DNA of 64,000 nt from an uncultured bacterium (GTDB taxonomy: Bacteria; Verrucomicrobiota; Kiritimatiellia; RFP12; UBA1067): contig CACWIW010000004.1 of assembly GCA_902761035.1 (NCBI GenBank), positions 3,981-67,980 on the forward strand, in the 5' to 3' direction. Each line of letters starts with the position of its first letter. Positions within the stretch are counted from its first letter, which is position 1. A program made the translations under genes and the position numbers. Shown in pieces: positions 45,795-56,477 of this stretch. Below the pieces are notes generated by a model. It had not been told where the DNA came from, searched no databases, and saw only the letters and a program-made list of their open reading frames with translations.

Positions 45795-45829
45795 AAACCG
45801 ATCTAAAAACATTCCAACAAGGAGAAACA

Positions 45830-47482
45830 ATGCCATCAATCATACAAGCCGTTGTCGATAAGGTCGTGGGCTTCTTCAGGAAGAAGAAGGTCAAGCGCGA
45901 AATCATCGTCAACATCGAGAAACTCGAGACCCGCGTGGCCGTCCTGGAAAACGGGCGCCTCGAGGAGTACATGATCGAACACCCAGACGAGGAGCGCCTC
46001 GTGGGCAGCATCTTCCGCGGCCGCATACAGAACCTGGAGGACGACCTCCAGGCCGCGTTCGTGGACATCGGCCTCAAGAAGAACGCCTTCCTCCACTACT
46101 GGGACATGACGCCCGACTTCGAGCAGTTCCTGGACGAGACGGAGGACGACGACGACAAGGCCAAGAACGGCAAGGGTAAGCGCAAGCGCAACAAGCCTGC
46201 AAAGCTCTCAAAAGAGGAAATCCACAAGCGCTTCGCCCCCGGCACCGAAATCACGGTCCAGGTCACGAAAGGCCCCATCTCCACGAAGGGTCCGCGCGTG
46301 ACCACGAACCTCTCCATCCCCGGACGCTACCTCGTCCTGATGGCGCCCGACAAGGACAACACGCGCGGCGTGAGCCGCAAGATCGGCGACGCCGAGGAGC
46401 GCAAGCGCCTCAAGCGCCTCGTCGACCGCCTGCCCATCCCCGAGGACGTCGGCATCATCGCCCGCACCGCAGGTCTGGGTGCCAAGGGCAGCTCCTTCGC
46501 GCAGGACCTCCGCAACCTCATCGCGTCCTGGAACGAGCTCCAGAACAACGTCAAGACGCGCCGCGCACCATGCTGCGTATACCAGGAGCCCGGCCTCGTG
46601 GAGCGCGTCGTGCGCGACTGGCTCACCGAGGAGATCGACAGCGTCATCATCGACGACGAGAAGGCATTTGAGGAACTGCGCGAGGTCACGTCCAAGGTAT
46701 CCCGCCGCGCCCGCAACAAGCTGCGCCGCTATGACGGCCCAGTGAACGTGTTCGAGTACCTCGGCATCGAGAAGCAGCTCCGCGACGCCTTCAACCGCCA
46801 AGTGCGTCTGAAGTCCGGCGGCTACCTCGTGATCGACGAGACCGAGGCGCTCATCGCAGTCGACGTGAACACCGGCCACCACAAGGGCAAGGGATCGCAG
46901 GAGGACGCCATCCTCGAAGTCAACCTCGAGGCCGTCGACGAGGTGGCGCGCCAGCTGCGCCTCCGCAACATCGGCGGGCTCGTCGTGCTCGACCTCATCG
47001 ACATGAAGAGCCGCAAGCACCAGAAGCAGGTCTACCGCGCACTCAAGGAGGCACTGCGCCGCGACCGCGCCCGCACGAACGTGCTGGAGATCTCGGAGCT
47101 CGGCCTCCTTGAAATGAGCCGCCAGCGCCACGAGCAGTCGATCCTCTCACTGCTCAGCTCCACATGTCCCTGCTGCAGCGGACACGGCGTGATCAAGAGC
47201 CCGCTCGCAATCTCCATCGAGATACAGCGCCAGCTCACCAACCTGCTCAGAAAATCCGAGTCCGAAAACAAGCCGTTCGAGCCCAAGATCGTCATCGCCC
47301 CGGCCGTCCTGCAACGTCTCCGCATGGAAGACGCCGACATCCTCAAGGAGATGCAGGACACCTTCAAGACTCCGCTCACGTTCGTCGCCGAACTCCACCG
47401 CCATCCAGAGTCGTTCGCCATCCTCGACAAGCAGTCGGGACAGGTCCTCTACTCCGCCGGCGGCAACCGTCCCACGGTCTAG
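45830..47482 (+). CDS. rng: Ribonuclease G/E family (Rng-like)
   Basis: The real start is the ATG at 45830, after AAGGAG. The ORF-track start at 44918 is a GC-rich read-through artefact. It has an S1-like N-terminus (RVAVLENGRLEEYMIE...GSIFRGRIQN) and the catalytic-core motifs IAVDVNTG and GGLVVLDLIDM. Confidence 0.85.
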   Translation: MPSIIQAVVDKVVGFFRKKKVKREIIVNIEKLETRVAVLENGRLEEYMIEHPDEERLVGSIFRGRIQNLEDDLQAAFVDIGLKKNAFLHYWDMTPDFEQFLDETEDDDDKAKNGKGKRKRNKPAKLSKEEIHKRFAPGTEITVQVTKGPISTKGPRVTTNLSIPGRYLVLMAPDKDNTRGVSRKIGDAEERKRLKRLVDRLPIPEDVGIIARTAGLGAKGSSFAQDLRNLIASWNELQNNVKTRRAPCCVYQEPGLVERVVRDWLTEEIDSVIIDDEKAFEELREVTSKVSRRARNKLRRYDGPVNVFEYLGIEKQLRDAFNRQVRLKSGGYLVIDETEALIAVDVNTGHHKGKGSQEDAILEVNLEAVDEVARQLRLRNIGGLVVLDLIDMKSRKHQKQVYRALKEALRRDRARTNVLEISELGLLEMSRQRHEQSILSLLSSTCPCCSGHGVIKSPLAISIEIQRQLTNLLRKSESENKPFEPKIVIAPAVLQRLRMEDADILKEMQDTFKTPLTFVAELHRHPESFAILDKQSGQVLYSAGGNRPTV

Positions 47483-47501
47483 CAAAACGAGGAAAACCAC
47501 A

Positions 47502-49721
47502 ATGAACAAACTCCACGCAATCCTCCTCGCCACCGCCTGCGCGGGCGCAGCCCAGGCTCAGTTCCTTCAAAGCTTCATGCCGCCAGAGAAATCCGACGTC
47601 CAGAATGTCGGCGACATCAAGATCGAGGCGAAGCACCTTTCCGCCAACAGGCAGACCGGCGTCCTCGTGGCCACGGGCAATGTTGTGGCCGTCGCCGCGC
47701 CCTACCGTCTCCACACGGACGCCGCGCAGCGCGCCGCAGACGGGCACTACGCCTTCGCGCCCGGCACGATGATGACAACCTGCTCGAACGACGTGGACCA
47801 CCTGCACTGGCGGCTTACCGGCGAGTTCCACTACCTCGAGAACCGTGCCGCAATCGTCCGCGACGCCTGGGTGACTCTTTTCGACGTGCCTGTTCTCTGG
47901 GTACCGTACTGGTACTATCCGCTAAACACCGACTACGGCCTGCGCGTCATGCCCGGCTATACATCCAAGTGGGGCGGCTACCTGCTCACCGGCTACGTCT
48001 ACGATATCTGGAACGAAGGCAAGGGCGAAGGCCCGTCGCTAGGCGGCTCCACTTACGCCGACTTTCGCACCCGGAACGGCGTCGCGCTCGGCCAGACAAT
48101 CCGCTGGGACCTCGCCGACTACGGCAAGGGCAAGTTCAAGGTCTACCATGCGTGGGACATCGACTATGACCGCTACGAAGACCACTGGAGCGACCACAAG
48201 CGCAACTACCGCAACTGGGGCAGCGACGTGGACCGCGAGCGCTACGGACTCAAGCTCGAGCACTACGCCGACATCACCGAGCGCGACACGCTCCGCGCAC
48301 AGGCCACCTACTACTCCGACTCCTGGTTCCGTCGCGACTTCTACCGCAACGAGGAGCGCGGAGAGTCCATCCCTATTAACGAAGTCTCATACGAGCACCG
48401 CGAGCTGAGCTGGGCATCAGGGGTATCCGCCTCCGGTCCGCTCAACGACTTCTACGGCGGCGTGGCGCGACTCCCCGAAGGCTGGATTTCCGTAAGCCCG
48501 CAGCCCATCTGGGACCTGCCCGTCAACTACGAGTCGCAGACACGCGCCGGATACCTTAACAGAAACTACGCCGAATACCGCGGCGCCTCTGAAGACATGT
48601 TCCGCTACGTGCCCTACATCGGACCTGACGGCCGCGCGGCCGACTACCAGACTTTCCGCGCCGACACGTCCCACCGCATCACCGCGCCCTTCAAGCTCTG
48701 GGACGTCCTGGCCGTTGCGCCGCGCGCCACGTACCACGGAACGTTCTGGAGCGACTCCGGCAGCCGTGCCGCTCTTGCCGAAGGCCGCTCCAAGGCAAGC
48801 GGCGACGACATCTACCGCAACATCGCAGAGTTCGGCCTCACCGCCTCCGCGCGTGGTAGCGCCTGGTTGAGCGACGCCTGGCGCCACACCGTGGAGCCAT
48901 ATCTCGACTACTCCTACCAGGTCGTCGACACCACATCCACCCGCAAGCGCCGCGCTTACGTGTTCGACGGCTACGACGGCGCCACGGAGTGGCTCGACCA
49001 GTTCGGCTTCGAGGGACGCGGACTGCCGTACAACTGGCACGGCATTCGCCCCGGCATCCGCAACATCTTCCAGCGCGCGGACGAGCACGGCGTCCCCCGC
49101 ACGGTGTTCGACGCAGACCTATACGCCGCCATCCCCTTCGCCTCATACAGCCGCTACACGCGCGGCAGCTGGATGAACGGCTACGCGAAGGACAGTGACG
49201 ACCCTCACTACTCGCACCGGGACGACGTCGTGCCAGGCTTGCGTCTGCGCTATGCGCCCACGAAGCGCGTCACCTTCCTCGCGCGCAGCGAATACGACGC
49301 CCGTAACGACAAGGCCGCCTACTCCGACCTCTTCATGCGCCACCGCATCACCGACAACTTCAGCTGGCATTTGGGCTACATCGGCCGCGACCACCGCACA
49401 TGGGAGTACGTGCCCTCGATCTACGATCGTTTCAACTGGGCAAAGTCCAGCATCGCACGTATCGGCTTCGAACACGGCATCTGCGACTGGCTAGCCTGGG
49501 GTCCGTACCTCCGCTACGACTGCCGCCACGGTGAAGTGGACGAAATCGGCGCCTGGGTGGACTTCATGACGGACTGCCTGGCCTTGCGAGTGCAGCTTGA
49601 ATACGAGAACGACTACCGCCGCATCGACGGCTCCCACCACGATGACGACGTGCGAGTGGTGCTCTTCATCTACCTCCGCGCGTTCGGTCCTAACTCCATG
49701 CTCGACCTCGCCCGCTTCTAA
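47502..49721 (+). CDS. LptD/OstA-like outer-membrane beta-barrel protein
   Basis: Signal peptide MNKLHAILLATACAGAAQA and an OstA-like N-terminal segment. The sequence is long and aromatic-rich (beta-barrel-like) and ends in F. The assignment is tentative. Confidence 0.5.
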   Translation: MNKLHAILLATACAGAAQAQFLQSFMPPEKSDVQNVGDIKIEAKHLSANRQTGVLVATGNVVAVAAPYRLHTDAAQRAADGHYAFAPGTMMTTCSNDVDHLHWRLTGEFHYLENRAAIVRDAWVTLFDVPVLWVPYWYYPLNTDYGLRVMPGYTSKWGGYLLTGYVYDIWNEGKGEGPSLGGSTYADFRTRNGVALGQTIRWDLADYGKGKFKVYHAWDIDYDRYEDHWSDHKRNYRNWGSDVDRERYGLKLEHYADITERDTLRAQATYYSDSWFRRDFYRNEERGESIPINEVSYEHRELSWASGVSASGPLNDFYGGVARLPEGWISVSPQPIWDLPVNYESQTRAGYLNRNYAEYRGASEDMFRYVPYIGPDGRAADYQTFRADTSHRITAPFKLWDVLAVAPRATYHGTFWSDSGSRAALAEGRSKASGDDIYRNIAEFGLTASARGSAWLSDAWRHTVEPYLDYSYQVVDTTSTRKRRAYVFDGYDGATEWLDQFGFEGRGLPYNWHGIRPGIRNIFQRADEHGVPRTVFDADLYAAIPFASYSRYTRGSWMNGYAKDSDDPHYSHRDDVVPGLRLRYAPTKRVTFLARSEYDARNDKAAYSDLFMRHRITDNFSWHLGYIGRDHRTWEYVPSIYDRFNWAKSSIARIGFEHGICDWLAWGPYLRYDCRHGEVDEIGAWVDFMTDCLALRVQLEYENDYRRIDGSHHDDDVRVVLFIYLRAFGPNSMLDLARF

Positions 49722-49724
49722 GCA

Positions 49725-50744
49725 ATGCTCGTCTCGTTCGTCATACCCGTCCTGAACTCAGAGAAAACGCTCGTGGAGTGCCTCAACGCCATCCGCGCGC
49801 AGACGCTCCCGCCGGGGATTGAACGCGAGATCGTGATCGCGGATGCAGGATCCTCCGACCGCACGCTCGACATCGCGCGAGATTACGGTGCGGACGTGAT
49901 CACCGACAATCCCCTCAAGACCGGCGAGGCCGGCAAGACCGCCGGAATCAAGGCCGCACACGGCGATATCATCGCGCTCGTGGACAGCGACAACATCCTC
50001 CCCGACCCCGACTGGCTCGCGCGCATGACGGCCCCATTCGCCGATTCCGAGGTCGTCGCCACGGAACCGATCGCCTACACGGTGCGTCCGCAGGACCCCG
50101 CCCCCACGCGCTACTTCGCCCTTCTCGGAATGAACGACCCCATCTGCCTCTTCACGCGCAACTACGACCGCACGTGCGGCGTCACCGGCACGTGGACCGG
50201 CCTAAAGGTCCCGACAGAGGACAAGGGCGACTGGCTCAAGCTCACACTTACTGCGGACGCCCTTCCCACCATCGGCGCAAATGGTTTCGTGTTCTGCCGT
50301 TCGCTCCTCGACGGCACGAACTGGGATCCCTACCTCTTCGACATCGACATCCTCTACGAGCGCATCCGTCGCGATGGCGCCGTACATGTGGCGAAAGTCA
50401 AGACGGGCATCGTACACCTCTACTGTGCGCGCCTCGCCGATTTCGTCCGCAAGCAACGCCGCCGCATCCGCGACTTCCTCTACTTCGCGCAGGAGAAGCA
50501 GCGTTCCTATCCATGGGACCGCCAGCGCAAGACGGGCATCATCCTCTTCTGCCTCTCCACGGTCACGCTCATCCCCCTGCTCGTGCAGATGCTCATCGGC
50601 TTCTGCCGCAAGCCCGACCGCGCGTGGCTCTACCACATACCCGTCTGCTGGATCACGCTCTGGGTATACGGCTGGGGCGCGCTTGCAAAACTTTTCGGCC
50701 GCAAGCAGTCAATCGCCGACCGCACCACCTGGCAGAAAAACTAA
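49725..50744 (+). CDS. Family 2 glycosyltransferase with C-terminal TM segments
   Basis: VSFVIPVLNSEKTL, the DSDN (DxD) motif and C-terminal hydrophobic helices. Confidence 0.8.
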   Translation: MLVSFVIPVLNSEKTLVECLNAIRAQTLPPGIEREIVIADAGSSDRTLDIARDYGADVITDNPLKTGEAGKTAGIKAAHGDIIALVDSDNILPDPDWLARMTAPFADSEVVATEPIAYTVRPQDPAPTRYFALLGMNDPICLFTRNYDRTCGVTGTWTGLKVPTEDKGDWLKLTLTADALPTIGANGFVFCRSLLDGTNWDPYLFDIDILYERIRRDGAVHVAKVKTGIVHLYCARLADFVRKQRRRIRDFLYFAQEKQRSYPWDRQRKTGIILFCLSTVTLIPLLVQMLIGFCRKPDRAWLYHIPVCWITLWVYGWGALAKLFGRKQSIADRTTWQKN

Positions 50745-50759
50745 CACAGGACTGGCTTT

Positions 50760-51893
50760 TCATGCGGCGAGGTGCCATGCCAGCGCAATGAGAAGTATCA
50801 AAATCAGCCCCGTCGCCACCCAAAACATCCGCTGGAGGAATCGCTTGTGCCGAAGCTGGGTCAAGAACTCCTGGACGTCTTCATCTTGTGTCTCAAGCGT
50901 AAGGTCGTTAGATTTCCGCGGCGTCTTGACAAACTCAGGTATAAGATCCTGCACCATGCCGGATGACACCACGTCCTCCTCGGCTGCGAACTCCGTTTCG
51001 CCAGATGGCGAAAGGACGTAACCAATGCGGGCAAAGGCGGAAATGACATCCTGCGGCGAGGCGAGGCGGTCTTCCTTCTTCTTGGCGCACATGAGAGACA
51101 GCACAGTGGACACATTGGGCGAGACGTCTGGGTTAAAGGTGCGGATATCCGGAATAGGAGTCGGTTCGAGAAGTTGCTGCAAAACCTCCGGCGGCGATTT
51201 TCCCGTATACGGACGCTGGCCGCAGAGTAGTTCAAAGAGAATGACGCCCATGCTATAGACGTCGGCGCGCGTATCAACGGTGCTGGAATCCGTAGCCTGT
51301 TCAGGAGAGATGTAGGCAGGGGTACCGAACACCGAATTCGCGCTTGTCTTCAGGGAGTCGATCCCTTCAGCAATCTTCGCAATTCCAAGGTCAAGCAGCT
51401 TGGCGTTGCCCTCCGGAGTCAACATGATGTTCTCCGGCTTAAGGTCGCGGTGTACCATGCCGAAACGCTGGGCAGCCGCCAACACGTCGGCGATCTGAAG
51501 GATGATGTGTATGGCGTCCTTCTCCGCGTGTACACCAGTAAACGCAATGGCCGCGCGCAGCGTATCGCCCTTGACGTAGTCCATCACGAGGAAGTAGACT
51601 CCCCTCGTCTCGTCGTATCCTGCGTCATGAACCCTCACGAGATTAGGATGGCGGATTCGGGTCGCAAGCCTAGCCTCGCGCACAAAGCGTTTCACGTAGT
51701 CGGGCTGCTGCTCTGCAATCTCTGGATCGAGGATCTTGATCGCGAAGAGCGTGTCGAGCATCTGGTGCCGTGCAAGCCACACGGACCCCAGCCCGCCTTC
51801 GCCCAGAAGTCGTTCCACTAAATAACCGCGAAAGTTCTCCCCCGGCTGCAATACCGGTCCGTCCCCAAAGGCCAACGTATGTAGACTGCTCAT
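50760..51893 (-). CDS. Ser/Thr protein kinase, C-terminally membrane-anchored
   Basis: GEGGLGSVW...[23 protein letters not shown], and the C-terminal TM helix [16 protein letters not shown]. Confidence 0.85.
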   Translation of the reverse strand: MSSLHTLAFGDGPVLQPGENFRGYLVERLLGEGGLGSVWLARHQMLDTLFAIKILDPEIAEQQPDYVKRFVREARLATRIRHPNLVRVHDAGYDETRGVYFLVMDYVKGDTLRAAIAFTGVHAEKDAIHIILQIADVLAAAQRFGMVHRDLKPENIMLTPEGNAKLLDLGIAKIAEGIDSLKTSANSVFGTPAYISPEQATDSSTVDTRADVYSMGVILFELLCGQRPYTGKSPPEVLQQLLEPTPIPDIRTFNPDVSPNVSTVLSLMCAKKKEDRLASPQDVISAFARIGYVLSPSGETEFAAEEDVVSSGMVQDLIPEFVKTPRKSNDLTLETQDEDVQEFLTQLRHKRFLQRMFWVATGLILILLIALAWHLAA

Positions 51894-51899
51894 GAAAGT

Positions 51900-53153
51900 T
51901 TACCTTTCATCTGCTTTTGATAAAGTCCTGGCGGCGGCACGGGCGGCGGCGATGATTTCCCCTTCGCCCGGTATTACGCCCCCTTCCATCAACACGCGTC
52001 CGTCGCACACCACCGTGTCAACGCACGACGGATCCGCCGCGTAAACAAGGTCGCTCGTGCGGTTGAATCCCGGCACCAGCGGCAAACGGTCCGGATCGAG
52101 TATCACGAAATCTGCCGCCGCGCCCACGCGGATTTCGCCCGCGTCGATGCCAAACGCCTGCGCGCCGCCCCGCGTTGCAAGGCTGTATACCGTCTTGGCC
52201 GGGGCGCACGTGGGATCGCCGCTCTCTATCTTCGCCGCAAGCGCCGCGCACTTCATTTCCGCGAACATCGAGAGGGTGTTGTTCGAAGAGGCGCCGTCCG
52301 TGCCGATTGAAGCGCGGCATCCGCCCTTCTCGACCGCGCGCTTGAACGGGAAGAGCCCCGATACGAGCTTCATGTTCGACTGCTGGTTCTCGCAGATCAC
52401 CGCGCCTGTGTCCGCGATGATGCGGATGTCGTCGTCGGTCAGATGGACGCAATGCGCCATCACGGTCTTGGGGCCAAGCAGTCCAATGTCGTTCAGGTAG
52501 GCGACGGGCGTGCGTCCGCCGTGTTCCTGCATGCACGTCTCAACTTCAAAGCGCGTCTCCGCAACGTGTACGTGGATAAAGGTGTCCTCCGCCTTCGCGC
52601 GCGCGGCGATGTCGCGCAGGGACTGTTCGCACACGGTGTAGATCGCGTGCGGAGCGAGCGTCGCGAACACGCGGCTGGAAGCGTCGCGCGGCAAACCGGC
52701 GAGCGCTGCATTGGCGGCAATGTTCTTGGGGTCGTTGTGGCCTGGGCCTCCGGTCTCGATCGTCTGCATAGACACCGCACAGCGGATTCCTATCTCCTCG
52801 GCGGCGCGCGCCACGGCCGGAGCGTACCAGTACATGTCGTTCGCGAACACGGTGCCTGAGCGGATCAGTTCCAAAATCGCAAGACGCGTGCCGGCGTATA
52901 CGATCTCGTCCGTAAGGTGCGCCTCAGCCGGCCAGATGTGCTCCTGCAGCCACGGCATCAGCTCCAGATCGTCCGCGTAGCCGCGCAGAAGGCTCATCGC
53001 GAGATGGGTGTGGCAGTTGTAGAACGCAGGCACGACGGGACGCGCACGCGACTGCGACGGCTCTGACGGCGTGATGGACGCAATGCGTCCGTTCTCCACC
53101 GCGATATCCACTACCTTGCCGTCAAGTTCGAGATTCCTGAATGATGTCTGCAT
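51900..53153 (-). CDS. Amidohydrolase, MTA/SAH deaminase-like
   Basis: The HTHLAMSLLRGYADD metal-binding motif. Overall like the MtaD/guanine deaminase family. Confidence 0.7.
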   Translation of the reverse strand: MQTSFRNLELDGKVVDIAVENGRIASITPSEPSQSRARPVVPAFYNCHTHLAMSLLRGYADDLELMPWLQEHIWPAEAHLTDEIVYAGTRLAILELIRSGTVFANDMYWYAPAVARAAEEIGIRCAVSMQTIETGGPGHNDPKNIAANAALAGLPRDASSRVFATLAPHAIYTVCEQSLRDIAARAKAEDTFIHVHVAETRFEVETCMQEHGGRTPVAYLNDIGLLGPKTVMAHCVHLTDDDIRIIADTGAVICENQQSNMKLVSGLFPFKRAVEKGGCRASIGTDGASSNNTLSMFAEMKCAALAAKIESGDPTCAPAKTVYSLATRGGAQAFGIDAGEIRVGAAADFVILDPDRLPLVPGFNRTSDLVYAADPSCVDTVVCDGRVLMEGGVIPGEGEIIAAARAAARTLSKADER

Positions 53154-53171
53154 GAGCTGTATTCCTTCTGG

Positions 53172-54182
53172 TCATTCGAAAAACACCGTCTTCGTCGGGT
53201 CAGGGACGAGTGCGATATGGTCGCCGTGGCGCAGGCGAGAGTCGCCCGGAGCGCGCGCGACGACGTGCGTCTGGCGTCCGTCGAGGATTGCGTGTACAAG
53301 CGTCTCCGCGCCAAGCGGCTCAACGATGTCCACCGTCGCCGACAAGGCACCGTCCGGCGCGCCATCTGCGGGGAACAGGCGGATGTGCTCGGGACGTACC
53401 CCCGCCGTGCGGCTCAGGTCCAGCACGCCTGGCGGCAGAAGGTTCATCGGCGGCGTGCCGATGAATGACGCCACGAACTTGTTCGCTGGACGGTCGTAAA
53501 CCTCAAGCGGCGGCGCGGCCTGCTGTATGCGCCCGCCCTCCATCACCACGATGCGGTCGCCCATCGTCATCGCCTCGGTCTGGTCGTGCGTAACGTATAT
53601 CATCGTCGCGCCGAGGCGGTGGTGAAGGCGCACGATCTCCGCGCGCATCTCAACGCGCATTTTCGCGTCGAGGTTGGAAAGAGGTTCGTCGAAGAGGAAA
53701 ACCGCCGGCTCGCGCACTATCGCGCGCCCCACGGCCACGCGCTGGCGCTGTCCCCCGGAAAGCGCCTTGGGCAGGCGATCGAGGTACGCGCCGAGTCCTA
53801 AAGTCTCCGCCGCCGCGTCCACACGCCGCGCGATCTCGCCTTTCGGAACGTGGCGCAGGCGCAGCGCGAAGCTCATGTTCTCGCGCACGGTCATGTGCGG
53901 ATAGAGGGCGTAGTTCTGGAACACCATCGCGATGTCGCGGTCCTTCGGCGGAAGGTTCGTCACGTCGCGTCCGCCGATCTCGATGCGCCCCGACGTGGGA
54001 AGTTCAAGTCCAGCAACCATGCGGAGCGTGGTGGACTTGCCGCATCCGCTCGGCCCCACCAGCACAAGGAACTCGCCGGGACGCACCTCGAACGTGAAGT
54101 CGTCCACCGCGGGCTTTTGTCCCTTGGCGTAGATCTTGCAAACATGGGCGAACGAAACACCCGTCTGGCGAGACATCTCCAT
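53172..54182 (-). CDS. Sugar-type ABC transporter ATP-binding protein (MalK/UgpC-like)
   Basis: GPSGCGKSTTLRMVAGLE, LSGGQRQRVAVGRA, FLFDEPLSNLD and a C-terminal regulatory domain. Confidence 0.85.
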   Translation of the reverse strand: MEMSRQTGVSFAHVCKIYAKGQKPAVDDFTFEVRPGEFLVLVGPSGCGKSTTLRMVAGLELPTSGRIEIGGRDVTNLPPKDRDIAMVFQNYALYPHMTVRENMSFALRLRHVPKGEIARRVDAAAETLGLGAYLDRLPKALSGGQRQRVAVGRAIVREPAVFLFDEPLSNLDAKMRVEMRAEIVRLHHRLGATMIYVTHDQTEAMTMGDRIVVMEGGRIQQAAPPLEVYDRPANKFVASFIGTPPMNLLPPGVLDLSRTAGVRPEHIRLFPADGAPDGALSATVDIVEPLGAETLVHAILDGRQTHVVARAPGDSRLRHGDHIALVPDPTKTVFFE

Positions 54183-54200
54183 CGCTAAATGAAACTCAAA

Positions 54201-54803
54201 TCAGTTGAACACGGCGTGCCCCTGCGCGTCGATCGACACGAATCCGCGCGCCTCCATCTGATCCAGCATGGAGCGCGCATCGTCCATTGACATCTTGGGG
54301 TTGCGGCTCTTGAGCGTGTTCAGAATCCGCTTGCGCGAACGGCAGCGGTTCTTCTTCAGTATCGCGGCAGCGCAGGATATTTCGTCCGGCGCATCTGGGA
54401 AAAGAGTATCAGCCGACAACACAACCGCAGGCGCCGGCGCTTCCGCAGGAACCGATGCCGGTTCGGACTCTGGTTTCGGCTCCTCCACGGAGGCGGCAGG
54501 CTCTTCTGCCGATGGCGTTTCGGCAGGCGGTTCCGCCATGGACGCCTCTTCCGCCGGTGGCGTCTCTGTTTTCTTGCGGCGTCCGCGCGTTTTTGGCTTA
54601 GCAGGCTCTTCGGCTGGCTTAGACGCCGGAACCGGAGCCGCCTGACACAACGCAAGAATTGCAGCGGGCGTCTCGCGCACCTCGAAATCTCCATCCCCGG
54701 CCGCGGCCACGGCTGAACCCGTTTTCCACGACTCGATGCGCACTATGAACTCGGGATTCAGCCAAACTGGCGTTCCGTCGGATTTTGTGAGCTTTACAAA
54801 CAT
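54201..54803 (-). CDS. Hypothetical protein with Pro/Ala/Glu-rich linker
   Basis: 200-aa ORF with a small N-terminal domain (MFVKLTKSDGTPVWLNPEFIVRIES), a low-complexity PAE-rich middle and a small C-terminal domain. Confidence 0.5.
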   Translation of the reverse strand: MFVKLTKSDGTPVWLNPEFIVRIESWKTGSAVAAAGDGDFEVRETPAAILALCQAAPVPASKPAEEPAKPKTRGRRKKTETPPAEEASMAEPPAETPSAEEPAASVEEPKPESEPASVPAEAPAPAVVLSADTLFPDAPDEISCAAAILKKNRCRSRKRILNTLKSRNPKMSMDDARSMLDQMEARGFVSIDAQGHAVFN

Positions 54804-54808
54804 CGTCT

Positions 54809-56317
54809 TTACGCGCCTCTCTTCCTGATTTCCTTGAGCGCCTCGATGGCGGAGAACTGCGGACGCATGAAGCAGTTGCGCAGGTTCTTCTCGTCAGAGG
54901 GGTCCTTGAACTTGCAGTTCACGGGATCCCACTCGATCGTGCGGCCCGGGTTGTTGAGCGCATGGTAGCCGAGGATGCACGAGATCGTGGAGGAGCAGGT
55001 GGCCTCCACGGGGATGTTCGTGTCCTTGCGCTCGCGCATACACACGAACCAGATGCGGTGGTGTCCCTTGAGCTCGTTGCGCGCCACGTGCGATTCGGGC
55101 GTCTCCTCGATGATGCCCTTCCTGTTCGCCTCGCACCTGCGCCAGATGTCGGCCTTCGGCTTGTAGGCGGTGTCGACTCGGTCCTTCTCCGGAATGTGGG
55201 AGACGAAGCGGTTGGCGTAGATCCAGTCGCCGTTCTCGCCGATGAACCTCACGCCGATCTTGAAGTTAGAGGCGCGCGGCGTGCCGAGCTTCATCTCCAC
55301 GCCGTTCGCGTACTTGTAGGTGACGAGGCAGTGGTCGTGTACGTTGAAGAGGCGTCCGTGCATGAAGTTGGCGATGTCGGCCTTCACGGATATCGGCATC
55401 GCCTCGTCCATCGGCCACTGCGCGGAGTCGATCATGTGCGTGCCCCAGCCGGAAACGTTTCCGGTGCAGTAGTCCTGTATCTGGAGCCAGCCGACGTTCT
55501 GCCCAGGCACGAACGCGGGGCCGCGGGAGATGGTGCGTCCGCCGCCCGGGCGCGCCGCCGCGCTGCGCCAGTGCGTGCGGAGCTGCGAGTAGCGCACGTC
55601 GTCGCGCGCCGGGCCGAGCCACATGTCGAAGTCGAAGTCGCGCTTGTCGGGCGTCTCCTCCATCGACGGCACGTCCCACTCCTTCGCTGGGCTGTTGTCG
55701 ATGATACCCGTCTCGATGCGCACGAGCTTCCCGATGCGTCCGCTCTTGATGCAGTCCGTCGCCCAGCGGAAGCCGTTGCCGCAGAAGTGTTCGCTGCGCT
55801 GCTGCGTGCCAGTGTAGAATATGCGCTTCGTGCGCCGCACGGCCTCCTTGATGGCGAGGCTCTCCTCGATGGAAAAGGCGATCGGCTTCTGCACGTAGAT
55901 GTCCTTGCCCTTCAGACACGCCTCCACGGCCATGCGCGCGTGCCAGTGGTCGGGCGTGCAGATCATCACGCCGTCCACGCCGGGGTCGTCCAGCACCTTG
56001 CGGTAGTCGCGCTCCAGCTTGAGGTGGTCCATCTTGTGGCGGTAGTACGCCTCGGCGGTGACCTTCATGCTGGCGAGGCGCGCGGCATCGACGTCGCACA
56101 CCGTGGTGAGCATCGCGATGTCCTCGTTCTGCGCCATTCCCGCGATGTCCATCGTCGTGCCGATGCGTCCGCACCCGATGATGGCGATCTGCACCTTGTT
56201 GCTGGGGGCCGTCGCGCCGAACACGCTCGCCGGCACGACCACCGGCGCCGCTCCGGCGGCAAGTACGCCCTTCAGGAATCCTCTTCTCTCTATCCGCATC
56301 CTCTTCTCCTTCAGCAT
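54809..56317 (-). CDS. Gfo/Idh/MocA-family oxidoreductase with Tat-like signal
   Basis: RRGFLKGVLAAGAAPVVVPA twin-arginine leader and IAIIGCGRIG Rossmann motif. The start may be the MRIERRGF codon at 56299. Confidence 0.8.
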   Translation of the reverse strand: MLKEKRMRIERRGFLKGVLAAGAAPVVVPASVFGATAPSNKVQIAIIGCGRIGTTMDIAGMAQNEDIAMLTTVCDVDAARLASMKVTAEAYYRHKMDHLKLERDYRKVLDDPGVDGVMICTPDHWHARMAVEACLKGKDIYVQKPIAFSIEESLAIKEAVRRTKRIFYTGTQQRSEHFCGNGFRWATDCIKSGRIGKLVRIETGIIDNSPAKEWDVPSMEETPDKRDFDFDMWLGPARDDVRYSQLRTHWRSAAARPGGGRTISRGPAFVPGQNVGWLQIQDYCTGNVSGWGTHMIDSAQWPMDEAMPISVKADIANFMHGRLFNVHDHCLVTYKYANGVEMKLGTPRASNFKIGVRFIGENGDWIYANRFVSHIPEKDRVDTAYKPKADIWRRCEANRKGIIEETPESHVARNELKGHHRIWFVCMRERKDTNIPVEATCSSTISCILGYHALNNPGRTIEWDPVNCKFKDPSDEKNLRNCFMRPQFSAIEALKEIRKRGA

Positions 56318-56477
56318 GTTGCCCCAAAGGCAGACAATGTTCTGTTTTTCATGGGCGCTATTATATCAAATGCCCGCCCCGCTGAAAAGACAGAATCCAG
56401 ACGGCATCCAACGAAAACCTCCGCCGCAGACGGCGTATTTTTGCTATACTAATGTCCGCAACAGGAAAGGAACGCAA